From Candidatus Jordarchaeia archaeon (GTDB lineage: Archaea; Asgardarchaeota; Jordiarchaeia; Jordiarchaeales; Jordiarchaeaceae): a stretch of 14,376 bases of DNA. Positions within the stretch are counted from its first letter, which is position 1; each line of letters starts with the position of its first letter. Below the pieces are notes generated by a model. That model saw only the letters and a list, made by a program, of their open reading frames with translations. It was not told the origin of the DNA and did no database searches. This document shows positions 5,519-14,376 of the stretch, piece by piece. Position numbers and translations under genes: made by a program. The stretch covers positions 1 to 14,376 of the forward strand of contig JAHQXB010000044.1 in assembly GCA_029856435.1 (NCBI GenBank). The letters run 5' to 3'.

Positions 5519-6703
5519 TTATGGTCGAATTAGGACGGCGATAAAGTTTCCGGGAGTCCCGTGTAAATCTGGTTCGAATCGGATGGTTTTTCTTGCCTCT
5601 GAGAAATAGTGTGATAGCCCCGGAGAGCCAAAGGTTTTAGATAAGTCTTTGAGTTCTAGTCCGAGTTCCTCTAGGCAATATTTTATGTTTAGTTCATTTT
5701 CTTCGACTGTCAGGGTGCATGTGCTGTAGATCATTGTGCCTCCTGGCTTCAATAATTTTGAAGCCACCTTTAAAAATTGGCGTTGATATGCTGATGTGGA
5801 TATGATTTGTTTCTCGGTGGTGTTGTCATAGAGCTTTGGTCTTACCCCAATTGCGGTGCAGGGCGGATCTACTATGATTCTGTCCGCTTTAAGGCAGGGG
5901 TATTTTTTATACAAGATTCGGGAATCTAAATTCATTGGAATGACGTTTTTAATTCCTAGGCGTTTTATGTGGCTTCTGAGTTTTTCTATCTTTTTTTTGG
6001 AGCGGTCTAATGCAAGAATTTTGCCAGTGTTCTTCATTAATTGGGCAGTGTGTGTAGTTTTTCCTCCGGGCCCTGCGCACATATCGATTATGAACTCATC
6101 TTGTTGTGGTTCAAGAAGTATGCTAGCAATAATTGCGGGAAGACTTTGAAAGTAAATTAATCCTTGGGAATAGAGCCAAGAATCTTTCAGATTGGGAACT
6201 TTGTACATGGACTTTATGGTTTTCACTGCGATACCATTTTTTCTATTCATTATGTCCTTACTGTCCATTACCGCCACCCCTTCTGCCACCTTTAATCCAG
6301 ATCGATCCTCAATTACGACAGGGTCATTTTTCTTTATTTTTTCGAGTTTAATTATTCCTGAAGAGTATAAGTCAGAGCCTTGCATGACAGCTTCACATGC
6401 GAATTTATCTGCGATAATTTTTTTTCCTATTGCTTCTATTGAAAATGGACCTTTGACTTCTAGGAGGATGGCTTCACTAATGTCTGGGTGGATTTTAGCA
6501 CTTATGGAAGACTGTTCTAATTCCCTTAACACATGGTTGGCGGATGTTAACAGGGTGTTTATTCTAATTGAGAAAATTTGGCTTGGTGTTTTCAATTCTT
6601 TTATAATTTTTTCTGCCCTTGTGTATCCATAGTATTCAATTAGCCTAGAAACCACACTTGGAGAATAATTATATTGAGTGGAGAGTTGGGAGGTCTCATC
6701 CAA
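5519..6703 (-). CDS. RsmB/NOP2/NSUN-family RNA m5C methyltransferase with PUA domain (NSUN6-like architecture), 394 aa
   Basis: DMCAGPGGKTT (motif I), DPPCT (motif IV Cys) and YSTCT (motif VI Cys); PUA-like insert ACEAVMQGSDLYSSGII..VVIEDRSGLKVAEG. Substrate specificity cannot be determined from the sequence. Confidence 0.93.
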   Translation of the reverse strand: MDETSQLSTQYNYSPSVVSRLIEYYGYTRAEKIIKELKTPSQIFSIRINTLLTSANHVLRELEQSSISAKIHPDISEAILLEVKGPFSIEAIGKKIIADKFACEAVMQGSDLYSSGIIKLEKIKKNDPVVIEDRSGLKVAEGVAVMDSKDIMNRKNGIAVKTIKSMYKVPNLKDSWLYSQGLIYFQSLPAIIASILLEPQQDEFIIDMCAGPGGKTTHTAQLMKNTGKILALDRSKKKIEKLRSHIKRLGIKNVIPMNLDSRILYKKYPCLKADRIIVDPPCTAIGVRPKLYDNTTEKQIISTSAYQRQFLKVASKLLKPGGTMIYSTCTLTVEENELNIKYCLEELGLELKDLSKTFGSPGLSHYFSEARKTIRFEPDLHGTPGNFIAVLIRP

Positions 6704-6786
6704 TTTGAGTATTCACTCTCTTACATAGTTAGTGAGTTAATTTTGGCGCCTTTTTCTGTAAGAATATTGAAGAATAAAAAATGTTT

Positions 6787-7308
6787 TTAATTAACTTTTT
6801 TTGATACCCGTCTCTTTATATCTCCACCACATATTTCACAAACTTTCTCAGAATAGAGGGTAGGATATTGTTTTTTACAGGAGACACAATATTTCACCCA
6901 ATGAAAGCGTTGTTTCACACCTTCTCTAATTACAGTTTTGAAGGGTATACCCAAAGTTTTTGCGGCGTTTTGAAGAGAGTAATCGTCCGTGACTAGTATG
7001 GGATTTTTATTTTCATTCTTTACATCGAGAGCCAGAGCTAGAATATGAATATCTACTGAAGATAGAGTAAAATCGTCACCTGTACTTTTCGCTGCATCAC
7101 TCGCAACTCTAATTGAAGCGGATGTGGGTTCTCTAACCTTTACTAGGTTGTTTGATACGGCTAAGTTTAGAATTATACGCGAGCGGTTATCTATTACTTC
7201 CTCAAAAACCTCGGGCACTATTAGATGTTGAGCGTTTGTCAAATTGGGATTATAACCACCAATTAGTGCGGAAGAATCCAAAATGTAAATTTCATCCTTT
7301 TCGTCCAT
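6787..7308 (-). CDS. nob1: Nob1 endonuclease (PIN domain plus zinc ribbon), small-subunit rRNA maturation
   Basis: YILDSSALI, TGDDFTLSSVDIHILALA, LVTDDYSLQNAA and C-terminal CVSC..CEICGG; 173 aa. Confidence 0.95.
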   Translation of the reverse strand: MDEKDEIYILDSSALIGGYNPNLTNAQHLIVPEVFEEVIDNRSRIILNLAVSNNLVKVREPTSASIRVASDAAKSTGDDFTLSSVDIHILALALDVKNENKNPILVTDDYSLQNAAKTLGIPFKTVIREGVKQRFHWVKYCVSCKKQYPTLYSEKVCEICGGDIKRRVSKKVN

Positions 7309-7519
7309 AATTACAGGATCCTTTGTACTTGTCTTGCATTTAAAAGGCAGATTTTTGTGGTACGGGGTAGCTAACTGTTCTCATTAATGTGAAAAACATT
7401 TTCAAGATTTGTCCAATACATTTGACGTGAGTAGGTTTTTTAAGTAAAGAAGTTGTTTGGAAGGGAAATAACGGGTTTACCCTTTAAAAAAGGGAATTAA
7501 CATACGAAACGGTGGTTAG

Positions 7520-7918
7520 TTAACCCTTTATTCTCATTAATTTTTTCTTACCCATGACACTCCAGTATTCTGCTTCTGCCCCTTCTTTCAGCTTTGATAC
7601 TATCTCTTCTTCTTTGGGTTTAGGAATCTCAAAGGTTTCATAGGTTTCCAAGTCCATTAGCATGACAGTGTTTTCTCCGACAGATATTACTTGACCATTC
7701 CTTTTGTCAATCAATGGAACCTCAACCTTGGAGTCACCAGGAAGTACTATGTCTTTTTTGGTATCATCAAAAAGGTTCACTGCCACTATTCGTGTTTTGG
7801 CGTGGCCATGCTTTCCTGATTTTGAGGTTGCTGTACTTACAACTTTGTAAGGTTCGTTGTCGATTAGAAGGTACGAGCTGACTTTTAGTTTTGAAACCTC
7901 AGTTATTTTTTTAGACAT
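7520..7918 (-). CDS. eif5a: Translation factor aIF5A/eIF5A
   Basis: Hypusine loop SKSGKHGHAK, KRNGQVISV, LMDLETYETFE; 132 aa. Confidence 0.98.
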   Translation of the reverse strand: MSKKITEVSKLKVSSYLLIDNEPYKVVSTATSKSGKHGHAKTRIVAVNLFDDTKKDIVLPGDSKVEVPLIDKRNGQVISVGENTVMLMDLETYETFEIPKPKEEEIVSKLKEGAEAEYWSVMGKKKLMRIKG

Positions 7919-7972
7919 TTATTTCCACCTGCATGTATTCATTAAGCTAAAGGAATAACTATAGTATTGTAA

Positions 7973-8428
7973 TTAGTCTATTTGTATTTTTTGTTTGGTT
8001 ATTTTTTTGGGTAGAAATATACGCAGTATGCCTCCTTTAAATTCGGCCTTTGCTTTTTCTGGATCTATCCTACTCGGTAGTTTTATTGATTTGTGATAAC
8101 AGTTGAAGGATATGTCACGCTGTATTGTTCCCCAGCGTTCGAACCGTATAGAGTTTCTCATTTTTGCGTCTATGTCCAGCGCATTTTCTGTAGCATTTAT
8201 AGTTATGTCTTCTTTATCCACGTAGGGTAAATCTGCTGTAACTACTATTTCCTCGGGGTACTCTTGAACATCGACGAGAGGAACAAGGCAGCACCTTTGT
8301 GGGTCCCAAGAAGGCTCAGTAAATCTAAATGGTCTTAATATCGAGTAGAAAGCCTCATCAAATCTTTTCTCAAACTCTGAGATATACTCAATAAATTGTT
8401 CAAAGATATCTTTTTTCTTTTCAGACAT
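7973..8428 (-). CDS. hsp20: Small heat-shock protein (Hsp20/alpha-crystallin family)
   Basis: PLVDVQEYPEEIVVTADLPYVDKEDI, IKLPSRIDPEKAKAEFKGGILRIFLPK; 151 aa; SD-like GGAGGG in the 11-nt gap after the PAC2-family gene. Confidence 0.93.
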   Translation of the reverse strand: MSEKKKDIFEQFIEYISEFEKRFDEAFYSILRPFRFTEPSWDPQRCCLVPLVDVQEYPEEIVVTADLPYVDKEDITINATENALDIDAKMRNSIRFERWGTIQRDISFNCYHKSIKLPSRIDPEKAKAEFKGGILRIFLPKKITKQKIQID

Positions 8429-8439
8429 TGGTTTCCCTC

Positions 8440-9195
8440 CTACGAATACATTGCAGGTAAATCATACTCCTGTGATTTACCCATAGATTCAAGCTGCTCG
8501 GCAGTTCTTTTCATAAGATCTCTTGATTTGATGCGAATTTCCTCAGCCTTTTCTAGGAGAGCACCAACATCAATGTTCATTTTCAATACTTTATTGATGA
8601 CTTTAACAATTGACGCCGCAGCGCCGGGATCTGGATAGTTAGGGAAGCTCTGTGCTAATAATGCTAGGCAGGGTATATCGTGTTTCGCACAGTCCATTAA
8701 TATGCTGGCGTAGGGTCCCGCCATAATACCCTCTTCTAGGCGTTGTAGGGAGAAATCATCAATTATTTTATTGGCGAAGTCGTTTGTAGCCACGGTATAA
8801 ACATCGGGTTCATCGATGGCAATTCTATTTGGCACGGGTATCCCCGCGAGCGGCATTACCAGACTTACCTTTTTATCTATTAACCATTTTGTTATTGTAT
8901 GAGATATGGAATTAACTGCTAGCGGAGGTACGGGAATTTCAGATAGGAATAATAGGATATTATCTTTTTGATAAATTCGGAAGGGGTGGTATATTTTGCT
9001 CCCATGCAAAACAATTACTGGTGGAAACAGGTCAGATTCAAGATGAGCAACAATCTTCATATCCAGAGTTTCTACAATGTGGGATGCGGATATCATTCCA
9101 ACTAAACCTACATCAGGGAGACCGATTAGAAATTTTGGTTCACGCACTTTTACAGGGACGTCCTCAATAATTTCGACTGAATCTTTTGCCTCCAT
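8440..9195 (-). CDS. PAC2-family proteasome assembly chaperone (PbaA/PbaB-like)
   Basis: GLPDVGLVGMISASHIV, HPFRIY, EEGIMAGPYASIL, YPDPGAAA; 251 aa; SD GGTGAGG upstream. Confidence 0.9.
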   Translation of the reverse strand: MEAKDSVEIIEDVPVKVREPKFLIGLPDVGLVGMISASHIVETLDMKIVAHLESDLFPPVIVLHGSKIYHPFRIYQKDNILLFLSEIPVPPLAVNSISHTITKWLIDKKVSLVMPLAGIPVPNRIAIDEPDVYTVATNDFANKIIDDFSLQRLEEGIMAGPYASILMDCAKHDIPCLALLAQSFPNYPDPGAAASIVKVINKVLKMNIDVGALLEKAEEIRIKSRDLMKRTAEQLESMGKSQEYDLPAMYS

Positions 9196-9532
9196 AAATT
9201 CCTCACCGCCAAAAGTTATTAGACGCTAAACCTCCGTAATAATGAAGCTATGTTATTAATATATTCCGCCACTATTTTAGACTTTCCATGGTTAATAGGG
9301 TATTTAGATTGTTAGGGCTTTCCCCCTCGTTTCGCGTCTCAGAATCGAGGGAGATATTCTATAAATTTTTCAGTAAAAATGGCAAACAGTTTACATTGAG
9401 TATTCACATCTTAGAAATTGCTCACGCTCAACCTACTTGTAAGAATAAAAAGTTTCAGGAAGACAGGGGTAATTATGCAGAAAATAATCATATTGTAGTT
9501 GAAAGATTTAGTTGGTGTTGAATGGGTGTTTT

Positions 9533-11014
9533 TTATTCGAGCTCTGCTAGCATTTTTCTTATCAATTTATTTGTAATTTCGGGGTCTGCTTTTCCTCTTG
9601 TTTTGTTCATAACCTGTCCAACTAAGTAATTCACGGCGTTAGGGTCTTTTTTAGCGTCTTGTACAGCCTTGGGGAATTCTTTGAATACTTCGTCAACAAT
9701 CTTTTTTATTTGAGCTTCATCACCAATTTTTAAGAGGTTTTCTCTTTTTATTATGGTTTGGGGAGAGTCCCCTGTGCTTATCATTTTGCTCAGAAGTTCT
9801 TTGGCTATTTTACCGCTTATTTCACCCTTGTCTATGAGCCTTAACATATCTGTTAGGTGTTTTGGTTTTATTTTTGATTCGGAAATTTCGATCCCTAAAT
9901 CCTTTAGGTTGCGGGTTAGATCCGTCATAATCCAATTGCTAATTTTTTTAGCATCGGGATACAAATGACAGCATTCTTCAAAAAAGTCTGCAAGTGCTTT
10001 TGAGTTTGTGATAACTGTGGCGTCATATTCAGGTATGCCATACTCTTTTACGAAACGTATTTTCCGCTCGTCTGGTAGCTCTGGCATTTTGGACCGAATC
10101 TCTTCAATCCAAGTTTGTGAGATTTCTACTGGAACTAAGTCAGGCTCGGGAAAATAGCGGTAATCGCTTTCGGTTTCTTTTGTTCTGAGGGATATTGTTA
10201 ATCTTCTATCAGCATCCCAGTGCCTTGTTTCTTGCTTTACGGTTGAGCCCCTTCTTATTAGCTGCTTTTGCCGAATTATTTCGTATTGCAATGCTCGTTT
10301 TACCTCTAAAAATGATGTGATGTTTTTTATTTCGACGCGTTTTCCGTCTTGGAGGGAAATGTTTGCATCGCAACGCATCGATCCTTGTAGGTCGCCATTA
10401 GAAACACCTAGATGTTCTATAATTGAGCGAAGTTTTTGTAGAAAAAGCCGCGCCTCATCGGGTGAGTTAATGTCTGGTTCTGTGACTATTTCCAATAAGG
10501 CAACGCCTGCTCTATTAAAGTCAACGAGGGTGTAAGGTGAGCTATCGATAGTTCCATAGTAAGACAAACGGGCAGGATCTTCTTCGAGTTGCATTCTTTT
10601 AATCCTAACTTTTTTGACTGTTCCGTTAACTTCGAAGCTAATAATTCCGCCAATAGATAGGGGGACTCCACCAGCTTTGTCGTATTGTGAGATTTGAAAA
10701 TTTTTAGGCATGTCCACATAAAAATAATTTTTGCGGTAAAATGTTGTGCGGGGAGAAATTGTGGAATTTAAGGCGAGGGCTACCATTATCGCGAAATCGA
10801 TTGCTCTTTTATTCGTGACAGGCAAAGAACCCGGTAGACCAAGGCAGACTGGACACACAAGAGTATTAGCTTCTTTGCCCCTGTAGTCTGAAGAGCAACC
10901 GCAGAAAAGTTTTGTTTTTAGAGCGGTTATTTGAATATGTATTTCTAGTCCAATTTTGACTTGGTCTTTTTCGAGGTTAATTGATCTTTGGGTGTTAACC
11001 AACTCTTTCACCAA
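9533..11014 (-). CDS. gatB: Asp-tRNA(Asn)/Glu-tRNA(Gln) amidotransferase subunit B
   Basis: IGLEIHIQ, TKLFCGC, CPVCLGLPGSLP, RKNYFY, FNRAGVALLEIVTEPD, SMRCDANIS, RVEIKN, DYRYFPEPDL and C-terminal YLVGQVMNKTRGKADP. The exact start codon (TTG or GTG) is uncertain. Confidence 0.98.
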   Translation of the reverse strand: MVKELVNTQRSINLEKDQVKIGLEIHIQITALKTKLFCGCSSDYRGKEANTLVCPVCLGLPGSLPVTNKRAIDFAIMVALALNSTISPRTTFYRKNYFYVDMPKNFQISQYDKAGGVPLSIGGIISFEVNGTVKKVRIKRMQLEEDPARLSYYGTIDSSPYTLVDFNRAGVALLEIVTEPDINSPDEARLFLQKLRSIIEHLGVSNGDLQGSMRCDANISLQDGKRVEIKNITSFLEVKRALQYEIIRQKQLIRRGSTVKQETRHWDADRRLTISLRTKETESDYRYFPEPDLVPVEISQTWIEEIRSKMPELPDERKIRFVKEYGIPEYDATVITNSKALADFFEECCHLYPDAKKISNWIMTDLTRNLKDLGIEISESKIKPKHLTDMLRLIDKGEISGKIAKELLSKMISTGDSPQTIIKRENLLKIGDEAQIKKIVDEVFKEFPKAVQDAKKDPNAVNYLVGQVMNKTRGKADPEITNKLIRKMLAELE

Positions 11015-11085
11015 CCTAGTACCAGGTTTTATGTCATGAATCGTTTAGAATAATCTTTAAAGGGTTCTAGTTCGGGATAAATTTT

Positions 11086-12549
11086 TCAGAGGTTTGGTTT
11101 TTTTCTATGAAAGACGGTATTCTGCTCATAGGAGTATGCTAGCCGTATTATGGTTTCTTCGTCAAAAAAGCGTCCTATAATTTGCATCCCTACAGGTAAA
11201 TTGTTTACAAAACCGCATGGAATAGAAATTGATGGAACTCCAGCTAGGTTTATTGGAACGGTATCTATATCAATCATGTACATACTCAGCGGGTCTTCGA
11301 TTTTTTCGCCAATTTTAAAGGGGGGCGTTGGCATTGTAGGAGCAATAAGAGCGGAGTATTTTGATAGAGCTTTTTCAAAATCATTTTTTATTAATGTTCT
11401 AATTTGGAGCGCCTTAAGGTAATACTTATCATAATATCCTGCTGAGAGGGCAAAGGTTCCAAGGATTATGCGTCGTTTAACTTCGGGTCCAAACCCCTTT
11501 TGGCGAGTCAGGCTAAAAACCTCATTCCAATCGGCACCATCCTTTTCCGCCCGAAAACCATAACGAATACCATCAAATCTGGCTAGGTTTGAACTCGCCT
11601 CACACATTGCTATTAGGTAGTAAGTGGGAATGGAATAAACAATGTGGGGCATAGATATTTCCTCATAATGGGCGCCTAAATCCTCAAATTTGTGAATGGC
11701 GTTCCAAACGAGTTTTTCTACAGCACTATCTGTTCCTTCACCAAAAAATTCCCTTGGAACTCCAAGTGTAAAGCCTCTAACATCGTCGACTAAAGCATTC
11801 ATATAATTTTTATTTGGGAAAGGCGCGGAGGTGCTATCGCGGTAATCATTTCCATTGATTATGCTCAATAACAAGGCGCAGTCTGTAACGTCTTTTGCCA
11901 TCGGGCCTATTTGCTCTAAGCTATTAGCATAAGCCACAAGCCCATAGCGGCTTACTAGTCCGTAGGTCGGTTTTAGTCCAACGATGGAACAGAAACTAGC
12001 CGGACACCTTATGCTACCACCAGTGTCACTTCCAAGGGCTAGTATTGTTTCATCCGCCGCTAAGGCGGCTGCGCTGCCTCCTGAAGACCCTCCCGTAACA
12101 TGTTCTAATGACCAGGGGTTACGAGAGTGGCCAAAAGCGCTATTCTCAGTGGAGGAGCCCATAGCAAATTCGTCCATGTTGGTTTTGCCGATGATTATGG
12201 CGCCTTCTTTTTTAATACGCTCAATTACTGTGGCATCGAATGGCGGAATATAATTTTCAAGAATCTTTGAGCCACAAGTAGTAATCTTATCTTTTGTAGA
12301 AATAATGTCTTTAACAGCAATGGGTATACCGCTTAGCTTCCCTACGGCCTCACCCTTCCGAATTCTTTCATCGATTATTATTGCTTCCTCTAGAGCAGAA
12401 TCCCGAAATAGTGAAATATATGCATGTATCTTTGACTCTAATTTATGTATACGTTCAAAAACCGAGTTTATAATTTCCTCTGAAGAAGCTTCTCTTTTAT
12501 CTATCATTTCTTTAAGTTCATGACAAGTCAATTCGCTGTAATCCACCAT
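11086..12549 (-). CDS. gatA: Amidotransferase subunit A (amidase signature)
   Basis: GIPIAVKD, GKTNMDEFAMGSSTE, GGSSGGSAAA, GSDTGGSIRCPA, EVKRRIILGT; 487 aa. Confidence 0.98.
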   Translation of the reverse strand: MVDYSELTCHELKEMIDKREASSEEIINSVFERIHKLESKIHAYISLFRDSALEEAIIIDERIRKGEAVGKLSGIPIAVKDIISTKDKITTCGSKILENYIPPFDATVIERIKKEGAIIIGKTNMDEFAMGSSTENSAFGHSRNPWSLEHVTGGSSGGSAAALAADETILALGSDTGGSIRCPASFCSIVGLKPTYGLVSRYGLVAYANSLEQIGPMAKDVTDCALLLSIINGNDYRDSTSAPFPNKNYMNALVDDVRGFTLGVPREFFGEGTDSAVEKLVWNAIHKFEDLGAHYEEISMPHIVYSIPTYYLIAMCEASSNLARFDGIRYGFRAEKDGADWNEVFSLTRQKGFGPEVKRRIILGTFALSAGYYDKYYLKALQIRTLIKNDFEKALSKYSALIAPTMPTPPFKIGEKIEDPLSMYMIDIDTVPINLAGVPSISIPCGFVNNLPVGMQIIGRFFDEETIIRLAYSYEQNTVFHRKKPNL

Positions 12550-12580
12550 TGTGCGTCACTTTTAGTGGTGAGTGAAAGCT

Positions 12581-12886
12581 TCAGATGATTTTTGGAGCTT
12601 TTATGAAAGAATCTTCTTTTTGTGAAGCATTTCTCAACGCATCTTCTTTGGATAAGGAGGGCTCAACCTTATCTTCTCTCAGAACATTCACTAAATTTAT
12701 AACGTGGTAAGTAGGTTCGATATTTGAGGTATCTATCTCATTAATTTTCTTGAAGTAGTCTAGTACTTCGTTTAATTGTTTTGTGAAGGCTTGCTTTTCT
12801 TCTTCGGTTAACTCTATCCTCGCAAGCCAAGCCACATGTTCAACTTGCTCTTTTGATATGATTGAGTTTCTAGCCATTTTAACCAC
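12581..12886 (-). CDS. gatC: Amidotransferase subunit C
   Basis: VEHVAWLARIEL, LNEVLDYF, LREDKVEPS, SFIKAPKI; directly upstream of gatA. An alternative ATG start lies at 12877. Confidence 0.96.
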   Translation of the reverse strand: MVKMARNSIISKEQVEHVAWLARIELTEEEKQAFTKQLNEVLDYFKKINEIDTSNIEPTYHVINLVNVLREDKVEPSLSKEDALRNASQKEDSFIKAPKII

Positions 12887-12933
12887 AAGCGTTTAACTAT
12901 TGTAGGGCTAGGATACGTTAAAAAGAAATTAAT

Positions 12934-13617
12934 TTAAAGGTTCTCACACTTTGCTATTAGCTCAGCCCGCTTAACATTTAAATACCCACTGTTTTTTTGC
13001 CAAATTTTTTCAGATTCAATTATTTTTATAGTGTTTTTAAAAAATGGGGCGTCCAGTACTAGAGTTTCATATTCTCCTCCCTCCCCTGATAAGTTTACCC
13101 CATATTTTTTATTTAGAGTAATTAAATCTTTGAGAGAGGATTCGTCTAATTTGCGTCCTAACCAACTTTCATCAAAGCCTAGAGCGAATACGCCGGCAAA
13201 AATTATATTAAAATCACGTTTTATCATTTCTTTCAATATGAGTATTGGATCTTTATGCCAAAGTGGGTTTATGCTACGCAGTCCCAATTTGTCTGCGACA
13301 TATTCTATGTGTGACCTCTGATACTCGCTGGCAATAGCGCCAGAAACAATACCATCAATATCCAATTGTTGAATCACGGCTTCCAAGTCTTTAACCTCTT
13401 CATCTTTAATCCCAGAGGATTGCCTTATAACATGAGGCAAATCTGCCGCCTTAGCCTGAAGCCTAGTTAACTCGATATTAGGCACATGAAACATATAACT
13501 ATCTGCCCTTCTAGGGAAAATAGACACTAAGGCCTTAATGGTGTAAGATTGATCAATACACCACTGGGTAACATAGCTTGAATCTTTTCCACCACTAAAT
13601 AAGACAGCCACATTCAA
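12934..13617 (-). CDS. dph6: Diphthine-ammonia ligase (Dph6 / DUF71 ATP pyrophosphatase family), TTG start
   Basis: PP-loop LFSGGKDS, SYMFH, GAIASEYQR, PLW, WLGRKL and GEGGEYETLVLDAPFF; 227 aa. Confidence 0.92.
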   Translation of the reverse strand: MNVAVLFSGGKDSSYVTQWCIDQSYTIKALVSIFPRRADSYMFHVPNIELTRLQAKAADLPHVIRQSSGIKDEEVKDLEAVIQQLDIDGIVSGAIASEYQRSHIEYVADKLGLRSINPLWHKDPILILKEMIKRDFNIIFAGVFALGFDESWLGRKLDESSLKDLITLNKKYGVNLSGEGGEYETLVLDAPFFKNTIKIIESEKIWQKNSGYLNVKRAELIAKCENL

Positions 13618-13875
13618 TTATTATACACCCGTAAAAGACCATACTGGTATAATTATGTCGTCTTGGAAAAAGGACATCTTAGCGATCTGTTAGAAGTATT
13701 ATCACACTGTTTAATACTTTGCATTGAAACTTAGGTTATATTAAAAGTTTTTTGAAAATTTGATTTTTGGAGAAATCCGAATCTTTAATGATTGGCACCG
13801 AATTGATATTTGAACATACAAAAGGGGATATATTTCTATATGTTTAGGTAACATTCATGATTTTGGTAAAATCTC

Positions 13876-13900
13876 GGTGCCGTCTTTTTGTCGGTTAACT
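13876..13900. mobile_element. Possible terminal inverted repeat (right end) of the ISH6-like element
   Basis: GGTGCCGTCTTTTTGTCGGTTAACT lies about 40-60 nt beyond the transposase stop and begins with GG, as many IS256/ISH6-type ends do. The partner end is outside the window, so this is unverified. Confidence 0.3.
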
Positions 13901-13936
13901 TTTTTCTCCTATGTAATTGTTACCCGTATGTTTGTT

Positions 13937-14376
13937 TCAGTGGTTTAAGTATTTTTCTTTAACCTTTTTGAAGAACCGCTTGTTGCAATACCTCACCAGG
14001 AGTATGTTTAGCGAGTTCTCCAGCCCACCGGCTCTCCAGTGCATTCACCGGTTGTCAAGCCCTATTCGCTATTTCCCCCATCAACCTCTCAATGCGGTTG
14101 TTCGTGTAAGGCGCCTCCATCCCCTTCGCATAAGAAATTGTAAAAGTTTTTTATCATTAGTTATATTGGTCTCCGTGAAAAAGAGGGCAAAAAACGCTTT
14201 TTTTTGGGGAAAAGAAGACTTCATTAACCGTTTATGCCCGGGACACCAAATGACAAAAAACTTTTCAAAATTATTACGCAGCCAGTCTGGCGAAGGTCAC
14301 CGTGCAGTTTACAGAGTTCCTCAGGAACTTCCGCGCCCACAAGATCGTCTTTAACCAGTTCCCCGCCAGTTCATTA
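13937..14376 (-). pseudogene. Decayed DDE transposase, 3' part, ISH6/IS256-like
   Basis: Reconstructed as NELAGNWLKTILWARKFLRNSVNCTVTFARLAA[MITE]KGMEAPYTNNRIERLMGEIANR/frameshift/DNR*MHWRAGGLENSLNILLVRYCNKRFFKKVKEKYLNH*. The TNNxIER motif carries the expected third catalytic residue (E). Lesions: MITE insertion, +1 frameshift near 14055..14060 and in-frame TGA at 14045..14047. The gene continues beyond the window. Confidence 0.8.
14131..14276. mobile_element. MITE, 146 bp, 28-bp imperfect TIRs, 4-bp TSD CGCA
   Basis: TAAGAAATTGTAAAAGTTTTTTATCATT (14131..14158) vs reverse complement of 14249..14276, TAATAATTTTGAAAAGTTTTTTGTCATT: 23/28 matches. CGCA at 14127..14130 and 14277..14280. Removing the element plus one TSD copy restores the transposase frame (LAA-KGMEAPY). 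Confidence 0.9.

Noticed and set aside
7473-7494. GGGTTTACCC and CCCTTT/AAAGGG palindromes as a second copy of the aRF1 operator
   Set aside because: The spacer length differs from GGGGTAACCCC and the arms are short; more likely part of the eIF5A termination region.
9288-9521. 77-aa plus-strand ORF between the PAC2-family gene and gatB
   Set aside because: No motif or SD; it overlaps degenerate repeat-like sequence and opposes the surrounding operon direction.
10965-11014. GatB N-terminal extension as a BHL intron (GGTT/AACC core)
   Set aside because: There is no inner helix, only a 2-bp outer helix, and excision of the 22 nt would break the frame.
13735-13755. AAAAGTTTTTTG matching the MITE TIR core
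   Set aside because: A 12-nt A/T homopolymer match with no partner end or TSD; likely chance.
13917-14354. 145-aa plus-strand ORF
   Set aside because: It is antisense to the transposase remnant and runs through the MITE; not protein-like.
1-14376. CRISPR array, rRNA or integrase-bounded island
   Set aside because: No regularly spaced direct repeats, rRNA-like sequence, integrase or duplicated tRNA 3' end was seen.

Overview
AT-rich archaeal chromosomal window; a TACK/Asgard-type organism is inferred from the protein sequences but not established. It is mostly housekeeping: aRF1, pyrH, a small winged-helix regulator, tRNA-Leu(CAA), moaE, an MJ0936/YfcE-type metallophosphoesterase, a PUA-containing RsmB/NSUN RNA m5C methyltransferase, Nob1, aIF5A, Hsp20, a PAC2-family proteasome chaperone, gatC-gatA-gatB and a Dph6-type diphthine-ammonia ligase. 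The main discovery is a probable 26-nt bulge-helix-bulge (BHB) intron inside the protein-coding gene moaE (4896..4921). The ORF track stops moaE at IWKAA*, but removing the BHB-delimited segment restores the conserved C-terminus IWKKEYTLSGARWVKE*. About 750-900 bp away, the tRNA-Leu(CAA) gene carries two introns: a relaxed one at 37/38 and a strict BHB one at the non-canonical 59/60 position. Both ends of the window hold mobile-element debris. At the right end a decayed ISH6/IS256-like transposase is interrupted by a 146-bp MITE with 28-bp TIRs and a 4-bp TSD. At the left end a second MITE-like element has different TIRs but shares a ~35-nt internal T-run/BRE/TATA-like core with the first. All alignments were done by eye; no database searches were run.
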